From positions 1 to 33,841 of the forward strand of contig JAYTHY010000060.1 of assembly GCA_043732185.1 (NCBI GenBank): a stretch of 33,841 bases of DNA, written 5' to 3'. Each line of letters begins with the position of its first letter. The first letter of the stretch is position 1. Positions 1 to 9,600 of this stretch are shown piece after piece. A program made the translations under genes and the position numbers. The notes under the pieces are model-generated. The model made no database searches and was not told where the DNA came from. It saw only the letters and a program-made list of their open reading frames with translations. The stretch comes from Fibrobacteria bacterium (GTDB lineage Bacteria; Fibrobacterota; Fibrobacteria; UBA11236).

Positions 1-1
1 G

Positions 2-322
2 AGAAGGCCTGGCGCCGGGGTTTACATGCATTCCGATCAAGGATGCCAGTACACATCGAAGGAATATGTCACTGCCCTCAAGCGACTTGGATTCAAGCAC
101 TCTATGAGCGGTCGCGGGCAATGTTGGGACAATGCTCCGATGGAAAGCTGGAACTCAACTCTGAAGAGAGAATCCGATTTGGTCACCCAGATTAGGTCCG
201 GAATTGATGAAGTAGAGCGAGCGCTATTTATATGGATCGAAAGTTGGTATAATTTACGGAGAAGGCACTCAAAACTTGGCTATTGCAGTCCAGCCAATTT
301 CGAGAAACAAAAGGCTGCATAA
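2..322 (+). CDS. IS3-family transposase OrfB, C-terminal part (5' partial)
   Basis: Frame is open from base 2 (RRPGAGVYMHSDQGCQYTS). It carries the motifs HSDQGxQY, SMSGRGQCWDNAPMES..TLKRE and WYNxRRRHSKLGYxSP of IS3 DDE transposases. Confidence 0.93.
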   Translation, partial: RRPGAGVYMHSDQGCQYTSKEYVTALKRLGFKHSMSGRGQCWDNAPMESWNSTLKRESDLVTQIRSGIDEVERALFIWIESWYNLRRRHSKLGYCSPANFEKQKAA

Positions 323-323
323 A

Positions 324-349
324 CCGTCCGAAATTTTGGGTACACGTCA
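324..349 (-). repeat. Right terminal inverted repeat of the IS3 element
   Basis: Reverse complement reads TGACGTGTACCCAAAATTTCGGACGG. It starts with TG and lies directly after the transposase stop. The matching left IR is outside the window. Confidence 0.7.
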
Positions 350-360
350 GTTCCAATATA

Positions 361-570
361 AGATGCTATGGCGGATTCGCTCCGGCGATGCGCACGTGTG
401 CATAAGGCTGACGCGTAGGTTGCCACGCGCATGCACGGCGCCATTTTGAGAAGGCCCTGCATCATTTTCCAGAAGTATTGGAAGTTTTGAATCTGTACCA
501 AGAGCTGTTAAAGATTAAGAGGAAAATCTCAACTTCCGCAGTGCCTCCGGTAAGTAGGGTCACTTTCTAA
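361..570 (+). pseudogene. Degraded IS66-family transposase (TnpC) fragment
   Basis: Frame from 361 reads RCYGGFAPAMRTCA*G*RVGCHAHARRHFEKALHHFPEVLEVLNLYQELLKIKRKI. This matches the IS66 pattern DGYxxY...GCWAHARRKFxEA...LYxIER. In-frame stops at 403-405 and 409-411. Not in the ORF track. Confidence 0.75.
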
Positions 571-850
571 AGGCCGAATTCTCCGGCTAGGAAGACAATT
601 TTTATGAGATCGCTGGGCTTAATGGGTGTTAATAATATAAACTGGCTGGTTTCTCTTAATCTGCAATTGTTTTGTTTTAGCCCCAAGCTCCAGGAGCAGA
701 AGGAGTGTAACATCCTGATTCCTGTCGAGTTACTTTATATTTACATTCCAATTCCATCTAGGGCACTTTTTTAATAGGCCAGTATTAGGCAGTGACAGCA
801 AGTTCAACCGGCTACACAATTTTTCTGTATAACCAAATGGGCTTAGCGTT

Positions 851-2296
851 TCATTTTTCAATTATAAAGAGGCCGGAAAACCCTCGGTCAGCCGCGTCCA
901 ATCTCCATCCCCCTGCGACTCGCTGAAATCGAGCCAGCTGGCGCTTGCCTGATAAGTTCAATAAAACGGGTTCCGGAGAAGCTGCACTTCCAGCCACGAA
1001 TAAACCCTGTTGGATTTGAACCAAAACGGACTGACGTATCTGTTGCATAGTACGAATCCCGCTCACACCAGACATATCCAAGGCCAATGGTCTGGATAAG
1101 CTCCACTCACTGGCAAGTACTGCACTAGACTTTGCCAAGGCACCATGTTTGGCATGAATGAGCCGCGCTCGCCAGTAGATTTCCCCCTGGTATCCTACCA
1201 GGCTTGCAAGATCGTTGGCTTCTAGATGCAAAGTCGTGACTGCACTTACGCGATGCACCACGTCAGTAAAGGATGGGTCTTTTGCAATCTCAATTTCAAC
1301 ACTATCACCAGCAATCAAGTCCGCTTTAAAAGTCGAATCCGTACAGCCGCCATGCATGATTACTTTGAATTCCAAATCCAGCTTTCCTTTGCAGAGCTGT
1401 CCTGCTTCCGGATAATGGGGAATTGCGATGGCGATGCAAAGAGAATCGCGAACTTGGGTGACAAAGTTGTTCTGATAGCGTTTATGGATTTCATAATCGG
1501 AAAGAACACCCTCTTCCACTTTCACATAGTCGAGAATGCCGTCCAAATGCCGAGGATCATATTCACCGATTGTCCGCGAACCGATATAAGCCTCAACCAC
1601 ACTGTCTAAGCGCGGCTCCGCCCCTAAGCCTCGGACACGCCATTTATCCGTGGCATCCGTGCCATTTAAGTAAATGCGCATATTGGTACCATTCCATAGC
1701 CCTACCAAATGAGTCCATGTGTCTTTTTCTATGCAGCGATTGGTATAGACTTCCTTCCAATCTGAGGAATTGTCCATGCGCGCCATCGTAAATTCAGCAA
1801 CGCAATTGGCAAGCACTCCTCGGTCGATAAAGGAATAGTTTCCTTGAGCAGCCGACCAATCCGCTTCGGTTTTATAGGCATCGCGAAGAAGCGGGGGATA
1901 GAGGTAACCCCCACCCACTCGAAAGACGAAACCCTGCGTTGGCCCGCCCCCCCATGTGGCTGTATTCAAAATATCGGCAATAAAGCGACTGCTTTCTGGC
2001 GCGTAATTGTGAATGAGGAATCGGGCTTCTACTGTGAAGGGACCTTTTGGGCTATGAAAAGCAGGAATACGAATCAATCCTCCAGCGGGTCCAAATTCGA
2101 TTGAACCAGGATAGTCCTTGGATGGTTTTGCATCGCCCTGTATTTCTCCAAGAGGGAACGCCCCGGTCTGCTTGGCCAATTGGTTGGAATCATTGAATTC
2201 CAGGTGAAGCAATTCATTTGCAAATGTTGAATGGAGGGACAAAATTGCAAAAGTTGAATTAATAATGAAGGTTTTTATACTTATTTTAAGCTGCAT
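851..2296 (-). CDS. Secreted LamG/concanavalin-like domain protein with Ig/FN3-like region and T9SS-like C-terminal tail
   Basis: Signal peptide MQLKISIK...STFA. LamG-like motifs FTVEARF, WTHLVGLWNGTNMRIYLNG, YIGSR and LDGILDYVKV. IAKDPSF...YWRAR is FN3-like. C-terminus has LLNLSGKR...GLFII. Confidence 0.75.
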   Translation of the reverse strand: MQLKISIKTFIINSTFAILSLHSTFANELLHLEFNDSNQLAKQTGAFPLGEIQGDAKPSKDYPGSIEFGPAGGLIRIPAFHSPKGPFTVEARFLIHNYAPESSRFIADILNTATWGGGPTQGFVFRVGGGYLYPPLLRDAYKTEADWSAAQGNYSFIDRGVLANCVAEFTMARMDNSSDWKEVYTNRCIEKDTWTHLVGLWNGTNMRIYLNGTDATDKWRVRGLGAEPRLDSVVEAYIGSRTIGEYDPRHLDGILDYVKVEEGVLSDYEIHKRYQNNFVTQVRDSLCIAIAIPHYPEAGQLCKGKLDLEFKVIMHGGCTDSTFKADLIAGDSVEIEIAKDPSFTDVVHRVSAVTTLHLEANDLASLVGYQGEIYWRARLIHAKHGALAKSSAVLASEWSLSRPLALDMSGVSGIRTMQQIRQSVLVQIQQGLFVAGSAASPEPVLLNLSGKRQLARFQRVAGGWRLDAADRGFSGLFIIEK

Positions 2297-2341
2297 TTTT
2301 TACACCCTTTTCGTGATGCGGTATCATTGAATACTCATTTT

Positions 2342-2371
2342 AATATGCATTGTACTTATTTTCTTGGCAAC
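2342..2371 (-). promoter_or_regulatory. Putative promoter of the LamG gene (TTGCCA-N17-CATATT)
   Basis: Minus strand reads GTTGCCAAGAAAATAAGTACAATGCATATT, ending 46 nt from the start codon. A near-identical motif occurs at 16399-16430. Confidence 0.45.
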
Positions 2372-2521
2372 AATTGAAATTAACGCCATAACCATCTGGA
2401 ACAAACTAAAGTAATCGGTCGGTTTTGAAAACAGGTCATCAGCATATCCTCTATAAATCATACAACTGGAAAATTTTTCTAAAATACCTCAAAAGAGGAT
2501 TAACCTACTATAGTGGACAAA

Positions 2522-2549
2522 GGCGGTCCAGGTAGGCCCTGCAACCGCC
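2522..2549 (-). terminator. Possible hairpin downstream of the astacin gene
   Basis: GGCGGT/ACCGCC and CAGG/CCTG inverted repeats lie about 20 nt after the stop. The U-tract is weak. Confidence 0.35.
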
Positions 2550-2570
2550 GCAAATCAATTTTGAGTCGTT

Positions 2571-4190
2571 CTAGTTGAAGATCTGGTTGCTAGTGTTAAC
2601 CAGCCAAGGATTTCCGTTCGGACCGACATCTATAAGTGCGCCACCCCCAGGGATTGTGCGCCAAGCCGATCCGTTCCATATGGCGATTGGAAATCCACCA
2701 GGAACAATAGAACTAGTTTGGATTATATATGTAGTACCGTCTGGCCCACAACCAATATCAGACGCTGAACTGGGAAGATTCGTCCAGCCCGTACCATTCC
2801 ATCGATAGATACTTCCTCCCTCATTGACCATCCAGGCATTTCCGAGGTTGTCAACACTGATCCGGACGCCGGCTCCAGGTTTCAGATCCCAACTTGATCC
2901 ATTCCATTTGTAGACATTATACCCACCTGCGACTGCCTCATTGCTGATCCCCCAGACTGCTCCATTTGAGCCAACACCAATATCCTTGAATCCTTTACCA
3001 GCTTCCCGTCCGATCCAAGATGTTCCATTATGATAGAAGACTTGGCCGGTCGCATTCACCAACCATGGGTTACCGGAAGCATCAACATCGATCGCAACGC
3101 CTCCGCCGCCCGCAGCATTTGACCAAGTGGAACCATTCCATTTCCAAACTCCAAACCCTCCGGCAACGGCATTCGTCCCTACCACCCACGCGGTACCGTT
3201 GGCGCCAACGCCAATATCCTTTGCCGTGTTAGACGATAAATAGGTCCAGATGGATGGGTAAATGGTACCGATTCCAGCTATATCTCCCGACGATAACGAC
3301 GTCCTTTGTTTGTACCAAATCGTTCCATCGAGACGTGTCATGACGGCATTGTTGGTGTGAGATGCATCGCACGGTAAAACTGATGCAAAATCACATGAGC
3401 TATACATCATAATTGAACCATAATCCATTGGTCCATTATTCCAGCCATCTGTGACTGTACATGGAATTCCGCAGTCAAGGCTTGTTCCAAAATTGGCGTC
3501 ATTCCACGCCAAAAACTGCGCGGGTTGTGTTGCTCTATTTAAGTAGACGAGGATATCTTGGTTTCTTGTTGACCTGGATTGTTCATGGAATAGACCAAGA
3601 GCATGTCCAATTTCATGGATAGTATTGCCATCAGTGCAATTGGCGCCAATATTGATAACCTGCATACCTCCTCGCATCCCTATGCTATTAGAGAAACACG
3701 CATCTGCTAGATCTAAGTTTTGAAATTGTATGTAATTGGGATGGGAGGAATTACCGGCTGTCCATGGGACAAAACGTACATTCGTGTTCGCTTCCCAATT
3801 TGTGATAGCGCTGGTTACGCGAGTAGTCGTGGTTACGCTTGAATGAATAGTATAATAGACTACATTGTTTGGCCAACGAATGGCTGAATTTATTCGGCCT
3901 GTACTAGATGATTTTCCAAGCGGTGGCTCAAGACTGATTAGCTTTGGATCAAGTATGATGTCACCTCCAAAGACTGGTTGGCCTTCAATTTCTTGGTAAA
4001 CAATTGGAGCACCATATAAATAGCCCTTTTTCGTTTCGCCAGCTCTTCCTGGGAAAGCCTGTTCAATTGACGTCGTCCCAGAATTTGCCGTATTCGCCTT
4101 TTTATTTTCCTGGTTCTCGACCATGCAATTTTGAATTGCCAAAGCTAAAGCAATTAGTGCAAGATGTCCCATTCTCGATTTCATTTTCAT
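2571..4190 (-). CDS. Astacin-family (M12A) zinc metalloprotease lipoprotein with C-terminal tectonin-type six-bladed beta-propeller
   Basis: Lipobox-like LAIQNC, propeptide FGGDII, zinc motif HEIGHALGLFHEQSR and Met-turn SIMMY. Six repeats follow: DIGVGANGTAW, IDVDASGNPW, DIGVGSNGAVW, ISVDNLGNAW, DIGCGPDGTTY, IDVGPNGNPW. RBS AGGAG precedes the ATG. Confidence 0.9.
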   Translation of the reverse strand: MKMKSRMGHLALIALALAIQNCMVENQENKKANTANSGTTSIEQAFPGRAGETKKGYLYGAPIVYQEIEGQPVFGGDIILDPKLISLEPPLGKSSSTGRINSAIRWPNNVVYYTIHSSVTTTTRVTSAITNWEANTNVRFVPWTAGNSSHPNYIQFQNLDLADACFSNSIGMRGGMQVINIGANCTDGNTIHEIGHALGLFHEQSRSTRNQDILVYLNRATQPAQFLAWNDANFGTSLDCGIPCTVTDGWNNGPMDYGSIMMYSSCDFASVLPCDASHTNNAVMTRLDGTIWYKQRTSLSSGDIAGIGTIYPSIWTYLSSNTAKDIGVGANGTAWVVGTNAVAGGFGVWKWNGSTWSNAAGGGGVAIDVDASGNPWLVNATGQVFYHNGTSWIGREAGKGFKDIGVGSNGAVWGISNEAVAGGYNVYKWNGSSWDLKPGAGVRISVDNLGNAWMVNEGGSIYRWNGTGWTNLPSSASDIGCGPDGTTYIIQTSSIVPGGFPIAIWNGSAWRTIPGGGALIDVGPNGNPWLVNTSNQIFN

Positions 4191-4250
4191 CTCCTATTAT
4201 TTAGTGAATAACATGCTCGACCACATTTTTTAATGTCAGGCACAAAATAA

Positions 4251-4267
4251 CGCAATATCTATGCCGT
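4251..4267 (-). promoter_or_regulatory. Sigma-54 (-24/-12) promoter for the astacin-tectonin gene
   Basis: Minus strand reads ACGGCATAGATATTGCG, which is GG-N10-GC and close to the TGGCAC-N5-TTGC consensus. It lies about 60 nt upstream of the ATG at 4190. Confidence 0.72.
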
Positions 4268-4336
4268 TGAGTCGCCTGGGAATTCTTTCCTTAAATTGGT
4301 CAAAAAAACCAGTTGCATCCCACCGCCGGGAATCTC

Positions 4337-4352
4337 ATCTCAAAAATGGGAC
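4337..4352. promoter_or_regulatory. Candidate upstream activator sequence (bEBP binding site)
   Basis: Imperfect palindrome ATCTCA-AAAA-TGGGAC, about 100-110 nt upstream of the predicted sigma-54 transcription start. This is the usual enhancer position. Confidence 0.5.
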
Positions 4353-4426
4353 CCAAGGGTGGGTAATCTTGGCCTTTTTTTAGATTTAACCAAGTCCGAG
4401 TAGGGACAAGAGGTTACCATTGGATC

Positions 4427-6106
4427 ATGCCGTTCCGTCAAACTATCATAGACTACTCTGGGAGTAGGATTCCCTTGCGAAATGATGACAGATACACCAT
4501 AGTCAGGGAAATCGCCTCGGGTTCGACCGCCACGGTTTTTCTCGCCGAAGATAAGGTTTTGCGTCGGAAGGTGGCCCTTAAAAAACTGCATCCGCATCTT
4601 ACCAGCCACTATGAAACAGTCAAGCGTTTCGAGAAGGAGGCTGTCTCAGTTGCATCCCTTTCCCATGAAAACATCATCAAAATTTTTGATTTCGGGAATG
4701 AAGACAAAAACCTTTTTCTTGCTATGGAATACGTGGACGGGTTTTCGCTAGAAGCCCTATTGAATGGAGAAAACTTCAGCCTGCCAAACTTGGTGGCTCT
4801 TGATATATTCCAACAGATCTTAAAAGGATTGACAGCGGCTCATGACGTTGGGATTTGCCATCGCGATATCAAGCCTTCAAACATTTTGGTGGACAAGAAA
4901 GGCTTGGTGCGCATTGCCGATTTTGGGATTGCCTATTTGGCTGAAGAAAATTCCATCACGAAAACCGGATCCTTTCTCGGCACACCAAGATATTCAGCTC
5001 CAGAACAGGCCCAAGGCAAAACAGTCACAGCCAAATCTGATATATTTTCTACCGGCATCCTTTTTTACCGATGCCTAACCGGTAAACTTCCCTTCGAAGG
5101 AGAGACCTCCCATACCGTTCTGAAGTGTATTATCGAAAAACCCCCTCCCAAACTTCTACAAATTAATCGCCGCATTCTTCCTGGTCTTCCGGAATTGGTG
5201 GAAAAGATGCTCACCAAAATACCGGAGCGGCGACCAGATGCGAGGCATTGTCTTGTGGAACTGTCGACATTCGCTGAGATTCAGGGATTTAATTACAGCG
5301 AGGACCGCCTCCGTCGGTATTTGCTCGACCCGGCGGGGTATAAGGAAGAAGAAAGAACTGAGATCTCCGCTCATTTCATTCGGCAGGCAAGAACCTTTAA
5401 AGAAAATGGGGACTCCCGTCAAGCCCTAAAGCTGCTTTCCCAAGCGGAAATTTTTGAGGATTTGGATGCTGCCGGAAAAAGAGAATCCCAGATGCTTATG
5501 CTCAAACAGAATTCCAAGTACCGGAAATTGGCCCTCTTCTGTACCTTTCTGGCTTTTTCGGTAATCGTTGTTTTTTGGATCGCACGCCAACCTTCTGAGA
5601 TACAAACTCATCGGAAGGAAGCACAAACATATGTGAACATTTTAATTGATTCCAACAGCCTACGTGAAACGATGCCTTCAGTCTGGCCAGAATCCACCAA
5701 GGCCTTTAAAGCTGCTGCAGATTCCAAGGTTTTTCCCAAACCAATCCATCCGTCTTCCTTAAAACATTCAGCGCAGTCACAAAACCTAACCAAACCCGCT
5801 GAGACCCAAACCACGCAAGCCCTAATTACACCACAGTTTCCAACAGTACAGGAAAATGTAACCGCAACTCAACTTCCCGGTTATCTTATGATCAAAACCA
5901 GTCCCCCCTTTGCCATGATCCTTGTTGACGGAGACACCTTGGGAACGACGCCCCTTAAAAGCGCCTTTGAACTCCCCGCCGGAAATCATGAGTTGACTTT
6001 GCAAAAAGAGGGTTGCTTTCCCGTTACCTCACAGATAATTATACTTTCGGGGGAAACAGCTCTGCTACGCTTTGAATTGGCCAGACAGATAATGGTTTCC
6101 CAGTGA
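4427..6106 (+). CDS. Hanks-type Ser/Thr protein kinase with transmembrane helix and C-terminal PEGA domain
   Basis: Catalytic motifs VALKKL, HRDIKPSN, DFG, GTPRYSAPE and SDIFSTG are intact. TM segment LALFCTFLAFSVIVVFWIA. PEGA-like GYLMIKTSPPFAMILVDG..LGTTPL...LPAGNHELTLQKEG. Confidence 0.93.
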   Translation: MPFRQTIIDYSGSRIPLRNDDRYTIVREIASGSTATVFLAEDKVLRRKVALKKLHPHLTSHYETVKRFEKEAVSVASLSHENIIKIFDFGNEDKNLFLAMEYVDGFSLEALLNGENFSLPNLVALDIFQQILKGLTAAHDVGICHRDIKPSNILVDKKGLVRIADFGIAYLAEENSITKTGSFLGTPRYSAPEQAQGKTVTAKSDIFSTGILFYRCLTGKLPFEGETSHTVLKCIIEKPPPKLLQINRRILPGLPELVEKMLTKIPERRPDARHCLVELSTFAEIQGFNYSEDRLRRYLLDPAGYKEEERTEISAHFIRQARTFKENGDSRQALKLLSQAEIFEDLDAAGKRESQMLMLKQNSKYRKLALFCTFLAFSVIVVFWIARQPSEIQTHRKEAQTYVNILIDSNSLRETMPSVWPESTKAFKAAADSKVFPKPIHPSSLKHSAQSQNLTKPAETQTTQALITPQFPTVQENVTATQLPGYLMIKTSPPFAMILVDGDTLGTTPLKSAFELPAGNHELTLQKEGCFPVTSQIIILSGETALLRFELARQIMVSQ

Positions 6107-6663
6107 AAATTTTGGTTTGGAATTTCATGCTGGCCTGCTCACTGATATATCTACCAGCTTATGTCCTGTCCGAGACACCTTTGGTCTACGACCTGTTCAA
6201 ATGGGGGGAGTACGACAGTCTAGTGAAAGCGCTTGAACCAGTTATTGCAGATTGGCAAAATGGAAAAATACCTAAAAACAAGTTGGATTCAACTGAGGCT
6301 GCCAAGTCATATTTACTTATCGGCGCAGGTTATTTCGGAACTGATCGGTTGACCATGGCGGATAGCGCTTTCACATTCGTCTGCCGACTGGATAAAAGTA
6401 TACGCCTGGACCGGTTTTATGTTTCGAAGAAAATGGCGGACTTTTTTGACTCCACATGGATTATGGAAAAAACCCGGGGGGCGTCTGCTGTAGCAACACA
6501 CACTGATTCCAATCTGGTGAGACGAAAATCCCATGCCCATGAATGGTTGAAGTGGGGAACCGGAGTAGTAGCGACCGCAGCCACCTTGGGAGGAACCTAT
6601 CTGATACTATCTCACCCCCAGGAAAAAAAGACTACTGTTACTACTGTGATTGATGCCAGATGA
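6103..6663 (+). CDS. Exported hypothetical protein (TPR-like helical region, C-terminal hydrophobic segment)
   Basis: GTGA overlap with the kinase stop and ATGA overlap with the next gene. N-terminal signal peptide, AAKSYLLIGAGYFG...ADSAF helix pair, and C-terminal WLKWGTGVVATAATLGGTYLIL. Confidence 0.75.
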   Translation: MKILVWNFMLACSLIYLPAYVLSETPLVYDLFKWGEYDSLVKALEPVIADWQNGKIPKNKLDSTEAAKSYLLIGAGYFGTDRLTMADSAFTFVCRLDKSIRLDRFYVSKKMADFFDSTWIMEKTRGASAVATHTDSNLVRRKSHAHEWLKWGTGVVATAATLGGTYLILSHPQEKKTTVTTVIDAR

Positions 6664-9600
6664 AACTCTTAACGCTTTTTCTCAAACACTACATCGGTTT
6701 TCTAGTTCTGGGCTGCGGGTTTTGGTCATGCAATCTCAGCAATGATCCTGCGTCCAGCGACTATTACCTTTCACTCCTCGTCAACGATTCAATCAGCCAA
6801 TTCGACACAGTGCAAATTATCCTACTGGACCCTAAAACCGGCGACACTCGGGAATTGCTCTGGGATGGACCTCTAGCTTATCCAGACACGCTTAAACATC
6901 TGCGAACCCACTACTACCGAGGCGAAAATACAAACATCCTCATAGTGGCTGTCCGAGGCGACAGCATCCAATATAGGAGGATGGTGGAATTCCGGGGCCC
7001 AGGCGTTAAGCCCAGAATCGCTTTCGATACCACTATTGCAATTTTAAAACCAGTCCTCAAAGATACCCTGCCACCGATTTTGCTTCTATCCGGTTCCGAT
7101 TCTATCGAAATTATGAATGATGGCCACTTCTTCGATCCTGGGGCGACCTGCTGGGACGCGCATGACGGCAACCTTGATGACTTGATCCAACGAAATGGAA
7201 CCTGGGTGGATTCAATAGTGGGAGATTACAAACTCATGTACACATGCAAGGATTGGATTGGAAACCAAGCGCCTTCTTTACAGCGCATCGTGTACGTGCG
7301 CCTATCCCCGGACACCCAGCCTCCTACCCTCACCTTATCTTTACCAGATACAGTTAAGATTCCAGTAGGCAACACTTTTACAGAACCCGGAAGTGCCTGC
7401 CATGACGACCGTGAAGGAACCTTGCAAGTTGCCGTAACGGGGCATGCTGAGCACCAAGTACCTGGAACTTACGTACTCACCTACAACTGCCAAGATTCGA
7501 AAGGAAACGCCGCTACCAAAAAGCAGCGTTTTGTAGTGGTCTTTATCCCACCCGATCTAAACCCACCCGTTTTACACTTTACTGGGCCAGATAGCATTTC
7601 CTTGTTCGCTGGAAATGCGTTCGTGGATCCAGGCGCCACTTGTAGAGATGAGCGAGAAGGCGATTTGGACAGCCTTATAATCCGCACTGGAAGCATTACG
7701 GATACAGTGCCGGGTGTGTACCGCCTGGATTACAGTTGTAGGGATCATTCCGGGAACCAAGCCTTTCCAATACAGAGAAAGGTGACCTTCAAGCTACCGC
7801 CAGACACGGTTCCACCCGTGCTTGTTTTACTCGGTCAGGATACCCTGCGACTTGTTCAAGGCTCGGCTTACATTGATCCAGGAGGCTTCTGTCAGGATAA
7901 TCGTGAAGGAGCCTTGCAGGTTGCCGTAACTGGGCATGTGGAGCTCCAAGTCCCGGGAACCTACGTTCTTACCTACAACTGTAAGGACTCGAAAGGAAAT
8001 GCCGCGACTGAAAAGCGGCGTATTGTCGTGGTATTGGTCCCACCTGATCAGAAAGCACCCGCTTTACTCCTGACCGGATCCGATAGTATCCCCTTGTTTC
8101 TTGGGCAGGTATTCGTGGATCCGGGCGCCACTTGTAGAGATGGGCGCGAGGGCGATTTGGACAGCCTTATAGTCCGTACGGGAAGCGTTATGGATACAGT
8201 GCCGGGTGTGTACCGATTTGATTACAGTTGTAGGGATCATGCCGGGAACCAAGCCATTCCAGTGCAGCGGAAGGTATCCATTAAGCTACCGCCCGACACG
8301 ATACCACCTATGCTTGCTTTACTCGGTCAGGATACCCTGCGCATTGCCAAGGGATCAGCGTTTATCGAATCTGGAGGTTCCTGTAAAGACGCGAGAGACG
8401 GTATCATATTTGTTACGATAATTGGCAAGGTCAATACAGACTCGATCGGAAGTTATCTTTTAATTTATACCTGTCACGATGCGGCTGGCAATGCTGCAAT
8501 CGAAATGCGCCGCGTTGTGCAAGTATACCTTCCAGCCGATGTTGATGCACCGGTTTTGGCCATGATTGGAGCAGACTCACTTTCAATTTACCTAGGAGCC
8601 ATTTTCCACGACCCGGGCGCGACCTGTCTGGATGGCCGCGATGGAAATATGGCGGTAGAAACTGTCGGGGTAGTAAACTCTGCGCTTGAAGGCCTATATT
8701 CCATAATATATGATTGCAAAGACAAGGCGGGTAACTCAGCTACGACCAAACCCCGCAAGGTAAAAGTCGAAATCCCGCCCGATACAATTGCGCCGATCTT
8801 GGTTCTGAACGGTAGAGATTCCGTGACGGTGTTCCGATACGGAATTTTCGTCGATTCCGGCGCCACTTGTGAGGACGCCCGAGATGGGAAGTTACCCGTC
8901 ATATCGACTGGAACGCCGGGAATGTCTGCATTAGGCTTATATGCCATTGTCTACACTTGCACGGATAAAGCCGGCAATGGGGCTGTAATGACAAGAACTG
9001 TGGTCGTGATCGAGCCGCCGGACGTCACCTCTCCGGTGCTAGCTTTGGTGGGTTCAAGCGATCTAACTCTCTTTCTGGACAGTATATTCATCGATTCCGG
9101 CGCGACTTGCAACGACACCCACGATGGTGTCCTACCTGTTACGAGGACCGGAAGCGTGGACATTTCAAGGCAGGGAGAATATTCCTTGGACTATGCGTGC
9201 GTGGATGCTGCCGGCAACGTCACCCGCAAGTCTCGTAAAGTGGTTGTTACTAAGTCGCCGGAATTGGTAACGGTCCTGCCGGCAATCAAGGAGTTAATGT
9301 TGGATACGGGTTCATGGGGTACTTTTAACAATGGATATACAGGAATCTTTGCCTTTGGCACTTGGGGGGACAGCCCTTATAACAGCATTTTCCAATTCGA
9401 TTTGTCTCAGGTCAAGCGCTCCGGACTCCAATCGGCCAAAGCCGTCTTTTCAACCTTTGGATTCATCTCAGGGTGGGATGGTAGCGAAGTTAACGTTATC
9501 GTTCATGTTTTCAAGCTCAAGTCCGACTGGGTCGAAGGTACCGGCAACTGGTACTTCAGCAATGCATCCTATACCAATGGTGGCGATGAATTCCTCTCCA

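Larger units (their letters stand above)
1..349 (+). mobile_element. IS3-family insertion sequence, right-hand part (truncated by window start)
   Basis: IS3-type integrase core ORF ends at 322. It is followed at once by CCGTCCGAAATTTTGGGTACACGTCA, ending in CA at 348-349, the typical IS3 TG...CA terminus. Confidence 0.85.

Noticed and set aside
280..501. 73-aa minus-strand ORF
   Set aside because: It spans the IS3 end and is antisense to the IS66 remnant, with no recognisable motif.
2372..2388. TGGCGT... as a second sigma-54 promoter upstream of the LamG gene
   Set aside because: The -12 position reads AA instead of GC at the required 10-nt spacing.
7062..9250. CRISPR array or diversity-generating retroelement TR/VR pair
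   Set aside because: The repeats are in-frame protein domains, differences between copies are not adenine-specific, and no cas or reverse transcriptase gene is present.
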